This document shows, piece by piece, positions 59,911 through 64,000 of a stretch of 64,000 bases of DNA. Location of the stretch: positions 672,001 to 736,000 of the forward strand of contig OZ242358.1 in assembly GCA_965208835.1 (NCBI GenBank), in the 5' to 3' direction. The translations under genes and the position numbers were made by a program. Within the stretch, counting starts at the first letter, position 1, and every line of letters starts with the position of its first letter. This DNA comes from Candidatus Latescibacterota bacterium. GTDB taxonomy: Bacteria; Latescibacterota; UBA2968; GCA-2709665. The notes beneath the pieces are model-generated. The model did no database searches. It was not told the origin of the DNA and was given only the letters and a program-made list of their open reading frames with translations.

Positions 59911-61896
59911 ATGGATCGATCCGGGGCGAAATCCCTTTCGGTTTCACGGTCAGCAAGAATGAGGGAAGGGATCACCCTCAGGTCGGTGGTTATCGGTGTG
60001 CTGGCCGTGGTCGCGATCAACCTCTGGGTGACCTACGCGGAGACAGTCGTACGCTCTTCCCGGCTAAACCTGAGTTTCTTTCAACTGACGCTGCTGAGCA
60101 TTTTCATCGCCCTTGTTGGCGGGGTGAACCCGCTGCTCCGGCGGGTCCGCCCCTGCGCCGTTCTGTCGCCTTCCGAGCTGTTGGCGGTGGCGGCGATCGG
60201 GATGGTGGGCTCGGTGGTGCCCACGTCCGGGGTCACCGGGTTCCTGGTGGGGGTGATCGGCAGCCCGATCTACTTCGCAACGCCGGAGAACGGGTGGGCG
60301 GAATACTACCACCCGCACCTGAAGGCGTGGATGGTCCCGTCCGACAGGGTTGCGCTGCGGGCGTTTTTCGAAGGCGGCGCGGTCGGGGTTGACGCCTGGA
60401 AAGCGTGGCTGGCGCCGTTTGCTTGGTGGGGCAGCCTGGTCGCGGCGCTCCTGGTGGGATCGGCCTGTGCGATGGTCATTCTGCGGAGGCAGTGGGCGGA
60501 ACACGAAAAGCTGGTCTATCCCCTGGCCGCGGTGCCGATCGAAATGGCGGAAGGCGCGTCGTCCCGAAGTACGCTTCCGGATTTCATGAGGGGTCGGCTC
60601 TTCTGGTTCGGGGCGGCATTGGCGTTCCTGCTTTTCGCCTGGCACGCGACCTCCTGGTTCTTCCACGGGATGCCCGGCATCCGGTTCTTTCCTCACGCGG
60701 GCTACTTCCGCTTCACGCGCTACTCTCCCGGCGTCTATATCCAGCCCCTGCAGTTCTACACCATCGGGTTCGCGTATTTCGCCAACCTGCAGGTGTTGTT
60801 CAGCATCTGGTTCTTTTTCCTGGTACACGTGGTGGAAGGCGGCATCTTCAACCGCCTGGGGTACCAGATCGAACGGTCCACCGATACCTTCAGCGCGGAT
60901 CCGCCCACCGAGGCGTGGCAGTGCTTCGGCGCGCTGGCCTGCCTGGTCGCCTGGCGGCTGTGGGTGGCCCGCACCCACCTGCGGGACGTCGTCCGCAAGG
61001 CGCTTCGGGCCGACCACCCGCTGGACGACGGCCGCGAGGTCCTGTCGTACCGGGCATCGGTCCTGGGCCTGCTGCTGAGCGCGATATATGCGCTGTTCTG
61101 GCTCCAGCGGTCCGGTATGGACGTGATCTCGGCGTCGATGTTCCTGTTTGCTCTCGGCATCATCTATATCGGACTGGCCCGGGTCGTGTCAGAGGCCGGT
61201 GTGGCGTACGCGCAGGGCACGGTGACGCCGCAGGCTTTCGTGATGGACCTGCGGGGTACCTACGGACTCTCCGGCGCCTGCCTCACGTCCATCGCGCTTT
61301 CCTACGCACTGATCGACTATATGCGGGGACTCTTTACACCCGGTCTGGCGCAGGCGGTGCGACTGGCGGACCGGATCCGCGGAAACCGGCGCCTCCTGCT
61401 GTTGTGCGTAACCGTGGGCGTGTTCGCGGGGCTCGTCTCATCGATCTGGTTTACGCTTCATCTGGGCCATACGCACGGCGCCTACAACTTCTCCCGGCTG
61501 TTCTTCAACGGGAATCCCAAGGCGGTCTTCTCCACCACCCTGGGACAGATGCGTACGCCGGGCGCGCCCGAGTTGAGCCGGGTGTTGTTCTTCGGGATCG
61601 GTGCGGGTCTGATGGCGGTGCTCACGTTCCTGCGGTACCGTTTTTCCTGGTGGCCGATCCACCCCATCGGACTGGCCGTGGCCGCCGCGGACAATGTGTA
61701 CAGCCTGGCGATGCCGGTATTCATGGCGTGGGCTGCAAAAGCAGTTGTCATGCGCGTTGGCGGGGTCGCCCTCTACCGCCGGTCCAAGCCGCTGTTCCTG
61801 GGTCTGCTGGTGGGATACACGGCGGGCGTCGTGCTCGCGTTTACGGTCGACGCCATCTGGTTTCCCGGGCAGGGGCACCAGGTGCACTGGTGGTAG
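59911..61896 (+). CDS. DUF6785/DUF6784-type polytopic membrane protein (putative transporter)
   Basis: 661 aa. GIT.RSV.IG, YFATPENGW, ILRRQW.EHEKLVYPL, FYTIGFAY, GAYNF, WWPIHPIG, FPGQGH. Confidence 0.78.
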   Translation: MDRSGAKSLSVSRSARMREGITLRSVVIGVLAVVAINLWVTYAETVVRSSRLNLSFFQLTLLSIFIALVGGVNPLLRRVRPCAVLSPSELLAVAAIGMVGSVVPTSGVTGFLVGVIGSPIYFATPENGWAEYYHPHLKAWMVPSDRVALRAFFEGGAVGVDAWKAWLAPFAWWGSLVAALLVGSACAMVILRRQWAEHEKLVYPLAAVPIEMAEGASSRSTLPDFMRGRLFWFGAALAFLLFAWHATSWFFHGMPGIRFFPHAGYFRFTRYSPGVYIQPLQFYTIGFAYFANLQVLFSIWFFFLVHVVEGGIFNRLGYQIERSTDTFSADPPTEAWQCFGALACLVAWRLWVARTHLRDVVRKALRADHPLDDGREVLSYRASVLGLLLSAIYALFWLQRSGMDVISASMFLFALGIIYIGLARVVSEAGVAYAQGTVTPQAFVMDLRGTYGLSGACLTSIALSYALIDYMRGLFTPGLAQAVRLADRIRGNRRLLLLCVTVGVFAGLVSSIWFTLHLGHTHGAYNFSRLFFNGNPKAVFSTTLGQMRTPGAPELSRVLFFGIGAGLMAVLTFLRYRFSWWPIHPIGLAVAAADNVYSLAMPVFMAWAAKAVVMRVGGVALYRRSKPLFLGLLVGYTAGVVLAFTVDAIWFPGQGHQVHWW

Positions 61897-61968
61897 CTGG
61901 AATGATCGAGCGACTTCCGCTGATTGTGCCTGCGCCGAGGTCTGGTCGGCAGGCAGGCCCCTCAGAAG

Positions 61969-62227
61969 TGGGTAGCCGGGAGACGTAAGACGGTAGAAGA
62001 AAGGCGGGTAGAGGTGAGAAAATCGGGTAGACGCAAGACGTAAGACGGTAGATGAAATCCTTGCCAGATGAGATATTCCTCCTTGCCTTTGGCACGATAG
62101 GAATCCTCACAAGGCAGGTAATCTCTCCCGTCTCCCGTCTCCCCTCTCACCAGGTGGTGGGCTGTGGTGTGGTCTTCTACCCTCTACCGGCTCCCGTCTC
62201 ACCGCTTTTGGTATACCCTCTACCCGC
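61969..62227 (+). mobile_element. MITE-like/structured repeat, copy C (core ~62024-62151) with extra nested heptamer arms
   Basis: AGACGTAAGACGGTAGA arrays on the left, TCTCCCGTCTCCCGTC/TCTACCC arrays on the right. Core aligns with copies A and B. Confidence 0.55.
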
Positions 62228-62292
62228 ATTCAGGCTCATTGTGGCCAATTTGACTGTTGTCTTTTTTAATTTGAGGCTGATTGACGATATCC

Positions 62293-64000
62293 ATGGAATC
62301 ATCGCAGACACATACCGGGGAGCCACTGACAGAAGCCCCTCGGGATTTGCGAAGCGGAGTCACGCCGAGGTCCGTCGGGATCGGTCTGCTGATGGTGGTC
62401 TTCGTCAATTTCTGGATCCTCTACTCACTGTACCTGATCCGGGCTTCCTGGCTGCAGGTAACGCATTTCCCCATGGGGCTGTTCGTACCCTTCATGCTTC
62501 TGGCGCTGTTTGTCAATCCCGCGCTCAGGGCGCTCGGGCGCGGCAGGGGCCTGTCCCGGTCGGAGATTCTGGTGGTGGCCGCGATGGGGTTGACCGGTGC
62601 GATGGTACCGGGCTTCAGTCTGATGACCACGCTACTGGGAACCATCTCGGTCCCGTACTACCTGGCCACCCCGGAGAACCAGTGGAGCGCCTTCTTCCAT
62701 ATCCACATGCCGGACTGGATCGCACCGTCGAACCGCGGCGGCACCATGAGGATGCTGTTCGAAGGCCTCCCGTCGAAGGATGCTCCGATCCCCCTGGGCG
62801 CCTGGGCCGGGCCGCTGAGCTGGTGGATGGCCCTCGTGGGCGCTTTCGCCTTTGCTTCGATGTGCCTGATGGTAATTCTGCGCCGGCAGTGGGTGGAGTA
62901 CGAACGCCTGGTGTACCCGCTCGCGCAGGTGGCCGCGGACATGGCCGGCGATGTGCGGGACGGAGGCCTGTTTCCGGGATTCATGCGGACCCGTGCGTTC
63001 AAGTTCGGATTCGGGGCCGCCACCCTGGTGATGACCTGGAACATGATGTCGCATTTCGCGCCGGGGTTTCCCGAGATTCCGCTCGGCATCCCGTCGCGAT
63101 GGACCACGTTCTTCAAGGGATTTCCACCGCTCCACACGACCATCAATTTCTACACGATCGGATTCGCGTATCTGGCCAACCTGGACGTGCTCTTCAGCAT
63201 CTGGTTCTTCCACTTCATGGCGATGTGGGAGGTCTTCGCGTTCGGGCGCCTTGGGGTGGGCGGAATCTCGGGCGGGGCGGCCGTGTCGTGGCAGAGTATC
63301 GGCGCGCTGTGTACGCTGGTGGTGTGGGGGCTGTGGACCGCCCGGAAGCACCTGCGCCAGGTCCTCAGAGGGGCGCTCCGTCCGTCCGGCGACGATGCTG
63401 AGGAGATCCTGTCCTACCGGACGGCCGTGTCCGGCGCGGCGCTGAGCCTGATCTTCATCGTTGCGTGGTTTTATAATTCGGGCATGGGTCTGCTTCTTTC
63501 AACGGTGCTGGTTCTGTTGTTTTTCATTACCTACCTGGGCATCGCGCGGGTGGTGGCGCAGTCCGGCCTGCTGTACGTCAGCTCGCCCATGTTCCCGCAG
63601 ACCGCCATCCTGCGCACCGTCGGCCCGGCCGCGATTCCCGGCCGCGCGATGACCGCGCTGGCCTTTACCTTCGCCCTGCGAAACGACGGCCGGGGGCTCT
63701 TCATGCCCGCTCTGGCGCACGTGGCGAAGATCGGCGACCTGATCGGCGGAAACCGGCGGAGGCTGGGCCTTGCCATCGCGCTGGGCCTGGTCGGGGCCGT
63801 GGCGACGTCGGTCGGCCTGACGCTCTACTGGGGATATACGATCGGCGCGTACAATTTCGGGAGCATTGCCCTGCTCCGGCGGACGGTGCCCACCTTCAAC
63901 TCATTCGTGAGCATGATGTCCAGCCCGGACCCGGTGAAGCCTGAAGTTTTCGGGTATTTCGGGGCCGGCGGCATCGCGATGCTCGCGCTCACGTTTCTGC
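62293..64000 (+). CDS. DUF6785/DUF6784-type polytopic membrane protein, 3'-truncated by window edge (absent from the ORF track)
   Basis: Translated by hand from ATG 62293: MESSQTH...GVTPRSVGIG...YLATPENQW...ILRRQWVEYERLVYPL...NFYTIGFAY...YWGYTIGAYNFGSIAL. No stop seen before the edge. Confidence 0.8.
   Translation, partial: MESSQTHTGEPLTEAPRDLRSGVTPRSVGIGLLMVVFVNFWILYSLYLIRASWLQVTHFPMGLFVPFMLLALFVNPALRALGRGRGLSRSEILVVAAMGLTGAMVPGFSLMTTLLGTISVPYYLATPENQWSAFFHIHMPDWIAPSNRGGTMRMLFEGLPSKDAPIPLGAWAGPLSWWMALVGAFAFASMCLMVILRRQWVEYERLVYPLAQVAADMAGDVRDGGLFPGFMRTRAFKFGFGAATLVMTWNMMSHFAPGFPEIPLGIPSRWTTFFKGFPPLHTTINFYTIGFAYLANLDVLFSIWFFHFMAMWEVFAFGRLGVGGISGGAAVSWQSIGALCTLVVWGLWTARKHLRQVLRGALRPSGDDAEEILSYRTAVSGAALSLIFIVAWFYNSGMGLLLSTVLVLLFFITYLGIARVVAQSGLLYVSSPMFPQTAILRTVGPAAIPGRAMTALAFTFALRNDGRGLFMPALAHVAKIGDLIGGNRRRLGLAIALGLVGAVATSVGLTLYWGYTIGAYNFGSIALLRRTVPTFNSFVSMMSSPDPVKPEVFGYFGAGGIAMLALTFL

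Noticed and set aside
62052-63401. 449-aa ORF in the track
   Set aside because: Wrong frame and starts inside the repeat element. The real gene starts at 62293 and runs off the window.

Overview
High-GC bacterial chromosomal window, mostly a glycan/organic-matter catabolic island. The gene mix suggests an uncultured sponge-symbiont-type lineage such as Ca. Latescibacterota, Gemmatimonadota or Poribacteria (inference, not proven). The main feature is a family of seven ~1100-1290-aa paralogues with no signal peptide. They share one architecture: N-terminal alpha/beta domain, alpha/alpha toroid with an R/N-Q-N-H motif, heparinase II/III-like beta-sandwich, and C-terminal FG-GAP/PQQ beta-propeller. 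They lie among three DUF6785/DUF6784-type polytopic membrane proteins, three probably exported lyase-like enzymes, a BNR sialidase-like protein, a DUF4838 protein, three Gfo/Idh/MocA oxidoreductases and four PhyH-family Fe/2OG oxygenases. Together these look like a candidate polysaccharide-utilisation system with no SusCD pair visible in the window. Interspersed are a BrnTA module with a leaderless promoter and operator, an unannotated toxin/immunity-like gene pair, a bacterial sterol 24-C-methyltransferase, and an ApbE/FMN-binding/porin cluster. Also present are a stand-alone rpsD, a substrate-binding protein-Cu/Zn SOD fusion, a multiheme cytochrome c, and an outer-membrane protein whose N-terminus was copied from its neighbour. 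Non-coding features include a three-copy ~130-bp MITE- or RNA-like element and an 8-bp tandem array. No rRNA, tRNA, CRISPR array or transposase was recognised. Family names come from motif recognition and recall, not from database searches.
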